From Candidatus Bathyarchaeota archaeon (GTDB taxonomy: Archaea > Thermoproteota > Bathyarchaeia > Bathyarchaeales > Bathyarchaeaceae), in contig CAVOMX010000024.1 of NCBI GenBank assembly GCA_963697165.1, positions 64,001 through 128,000 of the forward strand: 64,000 nucleotides of DNA. Reading direction: 5' to 3'. How positions within the stretch are numbered: position 1 is the stretch's first letter; each line of letters opens with the position of its first letter. The notes beneath the pieces are model-generated. The model was not told the origin of the DNA, did no database searches, and saw only the letters and a list, made by a program, of their open reading frames with translations. Below are positions 54,546-64,000 of this stretch, piece by piece. The translations under genes were made by a program, and so were the position numbers.

Positions 54546-56247
54546 CACCTTTTAGCCAGCCAAAAGGGAAAAAAACGCTGCTCTCCCGAATTGGAGTGTC
54601 CGCAACCGTAGCAAGTCTCATTGTTTTTGTTTTTTTACCAAGCTTTTTTTTGATATCATTTACGTTTACCCAATGGCCTGAAGTTTACACTGAAGTTTTC
54701 GCTAATCCGCTGATCGGCGATACAAACTGGATAGAAATCCAAAAGTATCTTTCTTTGTCTTTGCGTGTCGCCATTTCCGCAGTTATAATCGACTTGGTCT
54801 TTGGGATTCCTCTTGCATACATATTGGCTCGAAAGAAGTTTTGGGGAAAAGGGTTTCTTGAGGACCTCATTACTTTCACTTTGGTTATTCCAACGTCAGG
54901 TTTTGGTTTTGCAACTCTGATTTCGTGGACAACAATTTCTGGAATAGGCGCTCTTTTTGGAGAGGGAATTGTGGAAACAAATCAACTGATTCCTTTCATT
55001 AATGTTCCTTTCATCATGTTGATAGTTCACGTTGCCTTGACCTTTCCGTACATCGTGAAAACTCTTAAGGCAAAACTTGAAGACATGTCAACGCTGTTTG
55101 AGCAAGCTTCCGGAAGTCTTGGGGCTTCTCCTCTTACAACTTTCCGAAAGATTCTGATTCCGTTGACGCTACCCGCAATTTTTTCGGGCGCAGTTCTCGC
55201 TTTTGCGCGGTCTCTTGGAGAAACTGGAGCCACAATAGTAGTTTCAAGCGTTTACACTACGGCGCCTATTGCTGTTATTAGTTGGGTGTCACAGTTCAAG
55301 TTTGGACCTGCCGCTTTTCTGGGTAGCCTGTTAATAATTGTGGCGTCAGCGATAATTCTTGCCTGTAGAGTTTGTTTTGCATAAAAAGGGAATCTCAACG
55401 TTTTCGTTTTTCTCAACTCTAAATCTTGAACGAAAAGCTTCTAAAAATTGAGGATTTTGCTTCTCGAAAACTGTCCCGCGTCAGAGATGTAGTTGTCATG
55501 TTCTTTGTCATTATAGTGGTTATAGTTCCAATAATTGTTGTCCTAAATTCTGTTATAATATCTTGGAGTAGCGACCCAATCACAGGTAAAGTGACAGAAA
55601 GCGTAGTTTACCAACTCTTTGGACCATCAAACTACTTCTCAGCTTTGATGGATGCTACTTTGGTTTCGTTTGCTTCCGCAGGAATCGCAACCTACATTGC
55701 AACTTGTATAGCGATTCCAACAGTGTTTTTGATAATGCGTTACAGATTTGGTCGTTTACTCAGAGCCCTGCTCAGAATCCCGCTTATTGTTCCAACGTCG
55801 GCTCTTGGTTTATCAATACTGCTTTTGTGGGGTCCTGGAGGAATGAAGCTTGCAAATCCCGGAATATGGCTTATAATCTTAACTCATATTGTATTCTCTG
55901 TTCCTGTGGTAGTTGAGCCTATGCTTGCTACGTTTGAAGGTTCTGACATTCCCCTGTACGAGGAAGCATCTGTTACCCTAGGCGCCAATTCATACAATAC
56001 TGTCGAGTCTGTTTCTCTTCCGCTGTTGAAGAGAGGAATCTTAACAGGGGTTATTCTGTCCTTTACTCGCTCCTTGGGAGAAACAGGTGCAACTTTGCTA
56101 GTAATGGGTAGCGCCACAACAATTCCTCCACTAGTAGTCAACATGGTTGAATCTCTTGCAATTCCTGCAGCCCTATTCGCGTCAACCTACCTGATTGCTC
56201 TCGCTTTTATTCTTCTAATGATTTTCAGAAAGGTGACCACTAGATGA
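54542..56247 (+). CDS. ABC importer permease with two ModB/CysT-like halves, probably one fused gene (frameshifts near 55360-55440)
   Basis: EQASGSLGAS..FARSLGETGAT and EEASVTLGAN..FTRSLGETGAT. Confidence 0.85.
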
Positions 56248-56292
56248 GACAAAATAATACAGTTAACAGAATCATAGATGAGGTGAACTGAA

Positions 56293-57402
56293 ATGCCCGA
56301 AGTCATGTTAAGAAACGTAGTTAAAACATTTGACAAAGGAAGAATAATCGCTGTTGACCATGTAAACTTGACTGTCCGTGACAGAGAATACCTAACATTG
56401 CTTGGACCAAGCGGATGTGGAAAAACAACCACTTTACGAATGATAGCTGGCTTGGAGTTACCAAATGAAGGCGAAATCTACATTGGTGAGGATCTTGTTT
56501 CGAACCTTCCGCCTGAATACAGGGACATCGGATATGTCTTTCAGGAGTATGCATTGTTTCCCCATATGGACGTATGGAACAACGTTACATATGGACCACG
56601 CGTGAAAGGGTGGGAAGAAAAAAAGAGCAACAAGATTGGTCGAGAAATGTTAGAGCTAGTCAGACTATTTGAGCGAACTGACGCTGTTCCAGCTGAGTTG
56701 AGTGGAGGAATGAGACAGCGAGTTGCCTTAGCTAGGGCGTTAGCTTCTGGCTCTAAGCTTCTGCTGTTGGATGAGCCTTTAGGTGCCCTAGACGCGAGAA
56801 TTAGAACCGACTTGAGGTATGAAATTCGAAAACTGGTTAAAGACCTCGGATTAACGGCTATTCATGTAACTCATGACCAGGCAGAAGCCATGGCAATCTC
56901 TGATCGAATTGCTGTGATGAGGAAAGGAAAGATTCTGCAGGTTGGAACACCTCAGGAACTATACCTGAATCCTCAGCACATATTTGTGGCGAATTTTGTT
57001 GGGGAATCAAATTTCTTGGAAGGTTACGTTGCAGAGCGTGTGGGACATGAACTTACGGTGGAGCTTCGTGGAGGGCTTTCAGTTAAGTCCATGAACAAAG
57101 ACCACAAGAAAGGGGAAAAAGTGGTTGTAGGTGTAAGACCAGAAGTTTTGTCCTTAGCAAAAGGAGATCATAGTGAGGTAAACTCGATAGGCGGCAACAT
57201 TGAAGGTTTCAGGTTTGAAGGAACCAATGTCCGATATGAGATTAGGCTTCAAAATGATGATATGGTGGTTGTTATACGTCCTGCTTTAATGGGTGAATGG
57301 CTTACTGTGGGAGAGACAGTTACTGTTGCTTTTCCGGTTGAAAAGAGCTTTGTTTTTTCCTATCCTGAGAAGGGTTTGAGAACGGAGTTGGCTTTAGAAT
57401 GA
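56293..57402 (+). CDS. ABC importer ATP-binding subunit (PotA/CysA/FbpC-type with TOBE)
   Basis: GPSGCGKTT; LSGGMRQRVALARAL; LLDEP; HVTHDQAEA. Confidence 0.95.
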   Translation: MPEVMLRNVVKTFDKGRIIAVDHVNLTVRDREYLTLLGPSGCGKTTTLRMIAGLELPNEGEIYIGEDLVSNLPPEYRDIGYVFQEYALFPHMDVWNNVTYGPRVKGWEEKKSNKIGREMLELVRLFERTDAVPAELSGGMRQRVALARALASGSKLLLLDEPLGALDARIRTDLRYEIRKLVKDLGLTAIHVTHDQAEAMAISDRIAVMRKGKILQVGTPQELYLNPQHIFVANFVGESNFLEGYVAERVGHELTVELRGGLSVKSMNKDHKKGEKVVVGVRPEVLSLAKGDHSEVNSIGGNIEGFRFEGTNVRYEIRLQNDDMVVVIRPALMGEWLTVGETVTVAFPVEKSFVFSYPEKGLRTELALE

Positions 57403-57489
57403 ACGTATGGAAAAGATTTAAGCGTTATATTCGCACTATATTTAGATACAACTATAACAATATGTCTTATTGTTTAAAGGTGAACATTT

Positions 57490-58152
57490 ATGGAAAGATG
57501 GTTTGCTGAAAGAAGGAAATCCAAGTTATTCGAAATGGCCGATAGGCAGATGACGTTGGCTATCGACACGGTAATAGAGCTTGAGAAGTCTATTATCGCC
57601 GCATTAAACGGTAACAAGGAAAAAGCCAAAGCATCCTTCAACAAACTCTCAACTATAGAACATGAAATCGATGAGCTTAGAAGAATGATTTTTGAGGAGC
57701 TCACACGCGGAAGCCTTCGATCGAAAGACCGTGAAGATATCATGCACCTAGTAAAGAGATTAGACCAGATGGCTGATCACGTAAAGGATGCGTCAAGAGC
57801 AGTTATTTTGCTTTTAGAGGCGTACGTTCCAAAGGAAATGTGGAAACAGTTTGTCCTAACCGCCAAAGACCTTGTTGAATGTGCAACAACTTTACGTAAA
57901 GCCATCGAAAATTTGGGAACGGATCCCGTGAAGGCTATGGAGCTTGCGAAACAAATCGACGTGATCGAAGGTAAAGTTGATGAGAAGTACTTGACGTCGA
58001 AGGCGATGCTTCTCCAGTATTCTAAGGAGACTGATGCTGCGACGATATTGTTGCTTAAGGATCTCATAGAGGAGATGGAGCATGTGGCTGATGCTTGCGA
58101 TGATACGGCAGATTATGTTAGAATATTGACGGTTTCTAGGGAAGCTCCCTAG
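57490..58152 (+). CDS. DUF47 / PhoU-like phosphate transport regulator
   Basis: EHEIDELRR; DREDIMHL; DQMAD; EHVADACDDTAD. Confidence 0.9.
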   Translation: MERWFAERRKSKLFEMADRQMTLAIDTVIELEKSIIAALNGNKEKAKASFNKLSTIEHEIDELRRMIFEELTRGSLRSKDREDIMHLVKRLDQMADHVKDASRAVILLLEAYVPKEMWKQFVLTAKDLVECATTLRKAIENLGTDPVKAMELAKQIDVIEGKVDEKYLTSKAMLLQYSKETDAATILLLKDLIEEMEHVADACDDTADYVRILTVSREAP

Positions 58153-58356
58153 TCTCCCTTTTTTTGTTGTGTTACTGCTCTTTTTTGAATTGGCTGTGAA
58201 AAGTTAGTGTGTTAGTTTCAAATACGCTTCAGCTCTCCTTAGTGTAGCTTTTTTTGTCTGCTCTTCTATTGTTTATGGAAAAGCCTAAACAGCAGCTATA
58301 AATAAACTCTTTATGGATTAAGCTATAGTGTACATTATCCTGTGGGGCGGATTAAC

Positions 58357-58821
58357 TTGTCTGAAACGACTTTGCGTGTATCAAAAATCAAAGACGGCAC
58401 AGTGATAGATCACATCACTGCCGGACATGCCTTGGAAGTGCTAAAAATTTTAGGCATCACTGATTACGTTAAGGGAATCGTGACAGTTGGCATGAATGTT
58501 CCCAGTAGAACTTTGGGCTTAAAGGATATGGTTAAGATTGAAGGGCGAGAACTGAAGTCTGAAGAGGTGGACAAGATTGCCCTGTTGGCTCCCCATGCAA
58601 GCATTAACATCATCAGAGACTATAATGTTGTGGACAAGCAGCTTGTTAGACTACCTAAAGTGATACGGGAAACAGTCAAGTGCATGAATCCTTCTTGCGT
58701 TTCGAACAGCAAGGAACCCGTGAAATCCACGTTTTATGTGGACAACGAAGAGCCTCTTCGCTTAAGGTGCCATTACTGCGGCTACATCATGGAAAAACAG
58801 GACATCCCAAAACAGTTCTAA
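58357..58821 (+). CDS. pyrI: aspartate carbamoyltransferase regulatory subunit
   Basis: IKDGTVIDHI; KDMVKIE; CMNPSCVS; CHYC. Confidence 0.97.
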   Translation: MSETTLRVSKIKDGTVIDHITAGHALEVLKILGITDYVKGIVTVGMNVPSRTLGLKDMVKIEGRELKSEEVDKIALLAPHASINIIRDYNVVDKQLVRLPKVIRETVKCMNPSCVSNSKEPVKSTFYVDNEEPLRLRCHYCGYIMEKQDIPKQF

Positions 58822-58924
58822 CTCCTGTTTAATCTGGCGAAAGCCCAAGCCCCTTTCTCTTTTGTTGAATTTCTGATTCATAACCGTTATCAAACCGAAA
58901 CTATCAAGTTTCTTTTGTGGTTAG

Positions 58925-59394
58925 ATGTCGATCTCAACTAAAGAGGAGCTGCAGTTTCTGCTTCATAGGGGCTTGGAGATCGAGAAGAAATTTGAATCCA
59001 TTTCTGTTTGGGAAGGCTTTGTTACTGTAGACTCAGATAACCGAAAAACGGTTCTGACTTTAGCTTGAGACTCGCATATGCACAGGCTTGACTTAGAGAA
59101 ACTGCTGGAAACGCTTAATCTTGAAGCGGCAACAAACGAGATTCCTGACGCAACATTCGATTTTGGGGGTATGCTTGACTCGGAGATACTCCAAAAAATT
59201 ATTGCACAGGACGAGATAGCTGCGGATTTGTACACTGAATTAGCAGAGAAGACTGACCTGAAGCTTGTTGCGGCTTTATCTGGTCTGAAAAACGTTGAAT
59301 TTTTCTATAAAACACTTGAGCATATTGTTGAGGATGAAAAAAGCATATGCACATGGTGAAGGCTCTTACGGGTACCATAACTCGGATTCTATGA
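58925..59394 (+). CDS. ferritin-like di-iron four-helix-bundle protein (in-frame TGA at 59066; frameshift near 59340)
   Basis: LEIEKK...LA*DSHMH...QDEIAADLY...EDEK-KH. Confidence 0.65.
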
Positions 59395-59450
59395 TTTTTG
59401 GTGTTTGTGTTACCTTTTTTGGGTCTGTTTGTTTTGCGACATGATTGTTT

Positions 59451-59507
59451 ATTACTAAAGAGTAATGTTTATATTAGAAACTATTATTATTACTTCTAGG
59501 TAATAAT
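59451..59507 (+). promoter_or_regulatory. two ATTAC-N6-GTAAT inverted repeats flanking a TATA box
   Basis: ATTACtaaagaGTAAT 59451-59466; TTTATAT at ~59468; ATTATTACttctagGTAATAAT 59486-59507. Confidence 0.7.
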
Positions 59508-59519
59508 GGATGAGGTCAC

Positions 59520-59939
59520 ATGACACTCAAACTGCAACTAATACGTGACGGAAAAATAATCCTAGAAATGCCCCTATCTCCCATGGACTGGCCAAAAGAT
59601 CAACTTGAACAAGAATTCGAAGCGTTCGAGGAAGACTTTGAAAGATTCTCTAACATATTCGGCGCCCTATCCAACCAAACACGCCTAAAAATGATGAGAA
59701 GACTAGTAGTAGAAGAAGACAGCACAATGAACTTCGCAGACTTCATGAAAGACTTAGATTTAAATCCAAAAACCGTCTGGGAGAACTCGCGAAAACTCAG
59801 CGATGGCGGATTTCTAACAAAAACTGGAAGAGGAACATATCACTGCTCAGAATTTGGGCAATCAGCCTTCCTGACGTTGAGCCTCGTCCTACGCCGTTTA
59901 CTAGAATCTCTAGATGAAATAGAAAATTATAGGAGGTGA
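59520..59939 (+). CDS. ArsR-like winged-HTH regulator, probable heat-shock regulator
   Basis: FGALSNQTRLKMM; LNPKTVWENSRKLSDGGF; directly upstream of hsp20. Confidence 0.8.
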   Translation: MTLKLQLIRDGKIILEMPLSPMDWPKDQLEQEFEAFEEDFERFSNIFGALSNQTRLKMMRRLVVEEDSTMNFADFMKDLDLNPKTVWENSRKLSDGGFLTKTGRGTYHCSEFGQSAFLTLSLVLRRLLESLDEIENYRR

Positions 59940-59945
59940 AAGACA

Positions 59946-60542
59946 CTGTCAGAAGAAGACCGATGGTCAAAATGGTTTAACAAAAAGTCACCCTTCTCTG
60001 GAGAAGACTTTTCTGGAATAAACGAAGCCATAAAAGAAATGGAAGAAGCAATAGCAAAAGAGTTTGAAGAATTGTCCAAGCGAGCACCTGAAGACCTCCA
60101 GCGAGAACGAACATTACCCGACGGAACTAAAGTCAAAAGCTGGGGACCCTTTGTATATGGATACAGCGTCACAGTGGGTCCAGATGGAAAACCAAATGTG
60201 AAAGAGTTCGGAAATTTCAAGGCTGAAACACAACTTGGAAAACCACACATGGAAGTTAAAGAGAAACGGGAAGCCTTAGCAGACGTTATGGATGCTGGTG
60301 ACGAAGTCCGAGTGATAGTAGAATTGCCCGGTGTCGAGAAAGACGACATCAAACTCTCCGGAACAGATGATACGCTAACGATTTCGGTTGAAACTCCTCG
60401 GCACAAATACTTTAAAGAAGTTGAATTACCCGCCAAGGTGGACTCGAAAAAGGCGACATCAAAATATAAGAACGGCGTCTTAGACATCACTATTCCCAAG
60501 AAGAAACAACAAACCAAAAGCGAGATCATAAAAATAGAGTAA
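59946..60542 (+). CDS. hsp20: archaeal small heat-shock protein Hsp20 (apparent CTG start)
   Basis: GPFVYGYSVTVGPDGKP..EFGN; ELPGVEK; YKNGVLDI. Confidence 0.95.
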   Translation: MSEEDRWSKWFNKKSPFSGEDFSGINEAIKEMEEAIAKEFEELSKRAPEDLQRERTLPDGTKVKSWGPFVYGYSVTVGPDGKPNVKEFGNFKAETQLGKPHMEVKEKREALADVMDAGDEVRVIVELPGVEKDDIKLSGTDDTLTISVETPRHKYFKEVELPAKVDSKKATSKYKNGVLDITIPKKKQQTKSEIIKIE

Positions 60543-60569
60543 ATAAACAACTCCAGACGCCAACTCTTC

Positions 60570-60590
60570 TATCTTTTCTTCTTTTTTTGT
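60570..60590 (+). terminator. oligo-T terminator candidate after hsp20
   Basis: TCTTTTCTTCTTTTTTTG. Confidence 0.45.
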
Positions 60591-60903
60591 ATAACCCTAA
60601 TGAATATTCCTAACATTTTATTCAATTCTAGAAGAGACAGACAGCATCAGACTTAAGAAACTAACATAACCTAATGGAAACAATGGAATAGACCGTAGAT
60701 GCCTTTAACTCCTCAAATACTGGCGATGTCTCCAGCACCATCCCCTTTTTCAACTTAACATGTGTTAGTAAAATTGCATCCTGATTCTACTCACGCTTAT
60801 CCATTCGTAATTTTTAATAAGTAAAATACTACATACAACTGAGATAGAATGCTTTAGTATGCGCGTGTATAATCAACAAAAATGCTTGAAGGAGAAAACG
60901 TGT

Positions 60904-62839
60904 ATGGGGAAGAGTATAACTCAAAAGATATTGGAAGAGCACATAATAGAGGGAAAATTTGAACCTGGTAAAGAAATCGCAATTAAAATAGATCAGACTT
61001 TGACACAGGACGCAACTGGAACCATGGCCTATCTTCAATTTGAGGCGATTGGAATGTCAAAAGTCAAAGCCGAGCTTTCTGTGAGCTATATAGATCATAA
61101 TACAATCCAAGTGGGTTTTGAGAATGCAGATGACCATCGGTATCTTCAGTCAATCGCAGCTAAATATGGCATCTTACTGTCAAGAGCTGGAAACGGGATT
61201 TGCCATCAAGTTCACCTTGAACGATTTGGAAAACCCGGAAAGACATTGTTAGGATCTGATAGCCATACGCCAACTGCAGGCGGATTAGGAATGATTGCTA
61301 TTGGAGCGGGAGGATTGGATATTGCTGTTGCCATGGGCGGTGAACCGTTCTATCTCGTGTGCCCAAAGGTAACCAAAATAAATTTGAAGGGAAAACTAAG
61401 ACCATGGGTTTCTGCAAAAGATGTAGTTCTAAAGGTATTAGAGATTTTCACAACAAAAGGTAATGTTGGTTATGTGTTTGAATATGGAGGCAAGGGAGCA
61501 GAAACGCTTTCTGTTCCTGAGAGAGCCACCATAACAAATATGGGCGCGGAATGTGGAGTCACCACTTCCGTTTTTCCATCTGACGAAATTACAAAACAGT
61601 TTCTAAAAGCTCAGGGTAGAGAAAACGATTGGGTTGAAGTTAAAGCTGATGAAGATGCAGAATATGATCGAGTAGTTGACATTGACCTGAGCGAGACTAG
61701 TTCCACTAGCAGCTTTTCCACATAGCCCAGGGAACATCAAAACAGTGAAAGAGCTTAGCGGAATGACAGTAAATCAAGTATGTATTGGGAGCTGCACGAA
61801 CTCTTCTTATAAAGATCTGATGACGGTTGCAAAAATATTGAAAGGAAAAAAGGCGCATCCGTCTGTCAGCTTCGTTATTTCTCCGGGTTCAAAACAAGTA
61901 ATTGAGAACCTTGCTAGGGAAGGAGCATTAGCAGATCTGTTTTCTACAGGAGCGAGAATTACGGAACCCGTCTGTGGATTCTGTATTGGAAACAGTCAGT
62001 CGCCTGAAACAGATTCGGTATCAATTCGTACATCCAACAGGAATTTCTTTGGTCGTTCTGGAACAAAATCTGCAAATCTATATTTGACAAGCCCTGAAAC
62101 AGCTGCTGCAGCAGTAATTACTGGGAAAATGACAGACCCAAGAGATCTTGGAATGGATTATCCTCAAGTGGAGATGCCTGAGAAATTCTATACTGATGAC
62201 AGCATGATTATTTTTCCTTCAGACAAACCGGAGCAAGTTGAGATACATAGGGGTCCAAACATCGCTGAACTGCCATCTAATCCTCCAATGCCAGATAACA
62301 TCTCTGGAATCGTCACAATCAAGGTGGGGGACAAAATCACCACAGACCACATTATTCCGGCTGGGAGTAGAATGAAATACAGGTCCAACGTGCCCAAGTA
62401 CTCCGAGTTCGTGTTTGAAATAGTGGATGACACATTCTACAAAAGAGCCACAGAAATCAGAGATGCAGGAAAACACAACGTCATCGTAGGAGGATTAAGC
62501 TATGGTCAAGGCTCTTCAAGGGAGCACGCAGCCTTATGCCCAATGTTTTTAGGAGTAAAAGCGGTCATCGCGAAATCTTTTGAGAGAATACACTCAGCAA
62601 ATCTAATCAATTTCGGAATCATTCCTTTAACGTTCAAAACAGAGTCTGATTATGATGGAATAGATTCTGGAGATGAAATCCAGATTTCCAACATTAGGAA
62701 AGTGATATCAAAAAATGAGCCGCTGATCGTAAAAAATCTTACAAAAGGAAAAGATTTTGAGGTAAAATATGACCTATCAGAAAGACAGCGGAACATCATC
62801 CTTGCGGGTGGAATGCTTTCCTACATCAAAAACAAATAG
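60904..62839 (+). CDS. aconitate hydratase, single-chain ~640 aa type (frameshift near 61697)
   Basis: QDATGTMA; DHN; GNGICHQVH; GSDSHT; IGSCTNSS; CGFCIG; TTDHI; GQGSSREHAA. Confidence 0.93.
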
Positions 62840-62867
62840 ATGAAATATAACGATTGGAGGCGAAAAA

Positions 62868-64000
62868 ATGGCTCAAAGAGGTATACGTGAATATCATGGA
62901 AAAAAGATGATGGCAAAATTTTGGTCTGATTATTTCAAAGGCCTTGAAAAATATGATGGAAAAATAGTGTTAATTGATCCAGAAACAACTGTGGATGACC
63001 TTGCCAAACAAAATCCTTGGTTAACCAAAGAAAAATTGGTAGTAAAGCCGGATCAATTAATTGGAAAAAGAGGAAAACACAACCTCATACTTCTTAACGC
63101 CACCTTTAATGAGGCAAAGAACTGGATAAACGAGCGAATGAACAAAGAAATTACAATAGGAAAAGTAACGGACAAACTCACCCATTTTCTAATCGAACCC
63201 TTTGTTCCCCATGATAAGAACAAGGAATATTATGTCGCCATAACCTCCAACAGGGAAGGGGATGCCATCCATTTCTCGGCTCATGGAGGAGTAGACATCG
63301 AAGAAGTTTGGGATACTGTTGTGACAATACAGGTTCCTATCCTCTCAAACATTGACGACATTAAGATTAAAGAAAAACTACCCACAGATCTTCCTGACGA
63401 AGAAAAGGATATGGTTACCAAGTTCATCAAAGGGTTGTTCAAGTTTTACGCTGACCTTGGTTACGCCTATCTCGAAATAAACCCCATAGCAGTAACCAAA
63501 GGAGGCTTCATACCTTTAGATACAGTTGCACGCCTCGATGACACAGCCCAATTTGTCTGTGGACAGAATTGGGGAGATATAGAATTCCCAGCACCTTTTG
63601 GAAGAGGTCTTACCGAGGAAGAAAAATTAATTAAGGAACTTGATGAAAAAAGCGGTGCTTCTTTGAAACTAACCGTACTGAATCCAAAAGGCAGAATCTG
63701 GACACTAGTAGCCGGCGGTGGGGCCAGCGTTGTTTACACAGACACTGTTTTTGACTTAGGTTTCAAAGATGAACTAGCCAATTATGGAGAATACAGTGGC
63801 AATCCATCCACAGATGAGACTTACCAATATGCCAAGACAATCATTGATCTCATGACAAGAGAAAAAGATCCGAGAGGAAAAATACTGCTCATTGGAGGCG
63901 GTATCGCAAATTTCACCGATGTTGCTAAAACTTTCACAGGCATAATAGAAGCTTTGAAGGAATACAGGCAAAAACTCATCGACAACAAAATTAAGATCTA
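62868..64000 (+). CDS. aclB: ATP-citrate lyase ATP-grasp/citrate-binding subunit (runs off window; not in ORF track)
   Basis: Translated by hand: MAQRGIREYHGK; KPDQLIGKRGK; GGVDIE; LEINP; FPAPFGR; GASLKLTVLNPKGRIWTLVAGGGASVVY; ANYGEYSG; IGGGIANFT. Confidence 0.93.
   Translation, partial: MAQRGIREYHGKKMMAKFWSDYFKGLEKYDGKIVLIDPETTVDDLAKQNPWLTKEKLVVKPDQLIGKRGKHNLILLNATFNEAKNWINERMNKEITIGKVTDKLTHFLIEPFVPHDKNKEYYVAITSNREGDAIHFSAHGGVDIEEVWDTVVTIQVPILSNIDDIKIKEKLPTDLPDEEKDMVTKFIKGLFKFYADLGYAYLEINPIAVTKGGFIPLDTVARLDDTAQFVCGQNWGDIEFPAPFGRGLTEEEKLIKELDEKSGASLKLTVLNPKGRIWTLVAGGGASVVYTDTVFDLGFKDELANYGEYSGNPSTDETYQYAKTIIDLMTREKDPRGKILLIGGGIANFTDVAKTFTGIIEALKEYRQKLIDNKIKI

Noticed and set aside
59927..60550. 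207-aa antisense ORF, and similar antisense ORFs across the window
   Set aside because: Shadow frames of well-supported genes on the opposite strand.

Overview
Archaeal chromosomal window, most likely Bathyarchaeia (TACK). This is inferred from a TackOD1-type protein, archaeal pilins, a TrmB-like remnant and the ribosomal gene order. Many genes, including essential ones (gltX, rps4, rpl18e, adk, mvk, pyrB), carry single frameshifts, which points to an unpolished long-read assembly rather than real pseudogenes. In order, the window holds: ino1, DUF1638 and a GT2; a type IV pilus operon; rpl7ae-rps28e-rpl24e-adk-infB; a complete lower archaeal mevalonate/isoprenoid operon with gltX; an ABC-2 exporter; the S13-S4-S11-RpoD-L18e-L13-S9-RpoN-eno-S2-MEMO1 cluster; two moeA genes, speB, an RsmB-family methylase, DUF167 and an E1-like enzyme; a ribonucleotide reductase locus; a PLP-enzyme/GNAT/Ddl-like/MurL-like cluster; desulforedoxin; a CBS-HPF protein; pyrB; a PhoU-flanked ABC importer; pyrI; a ferritin-like gene; a wHTH-hsp20 pair; aconitase; and a truncated ATP-citrate lyase subunit. 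The best candidate for a new system is 40024..42246. It encodes a winged-HTH + ATP-cone + full class III RNR scaffold that lacks both catalytic cysteines and the glycyl-radical loop, and it lies directly upstream of an intact nrdH-nrdD pair. It may be a pseudoenzyme (d)NTP-sensing transcription regulator. All family assignments are from recalled motifs; no database searches were run.
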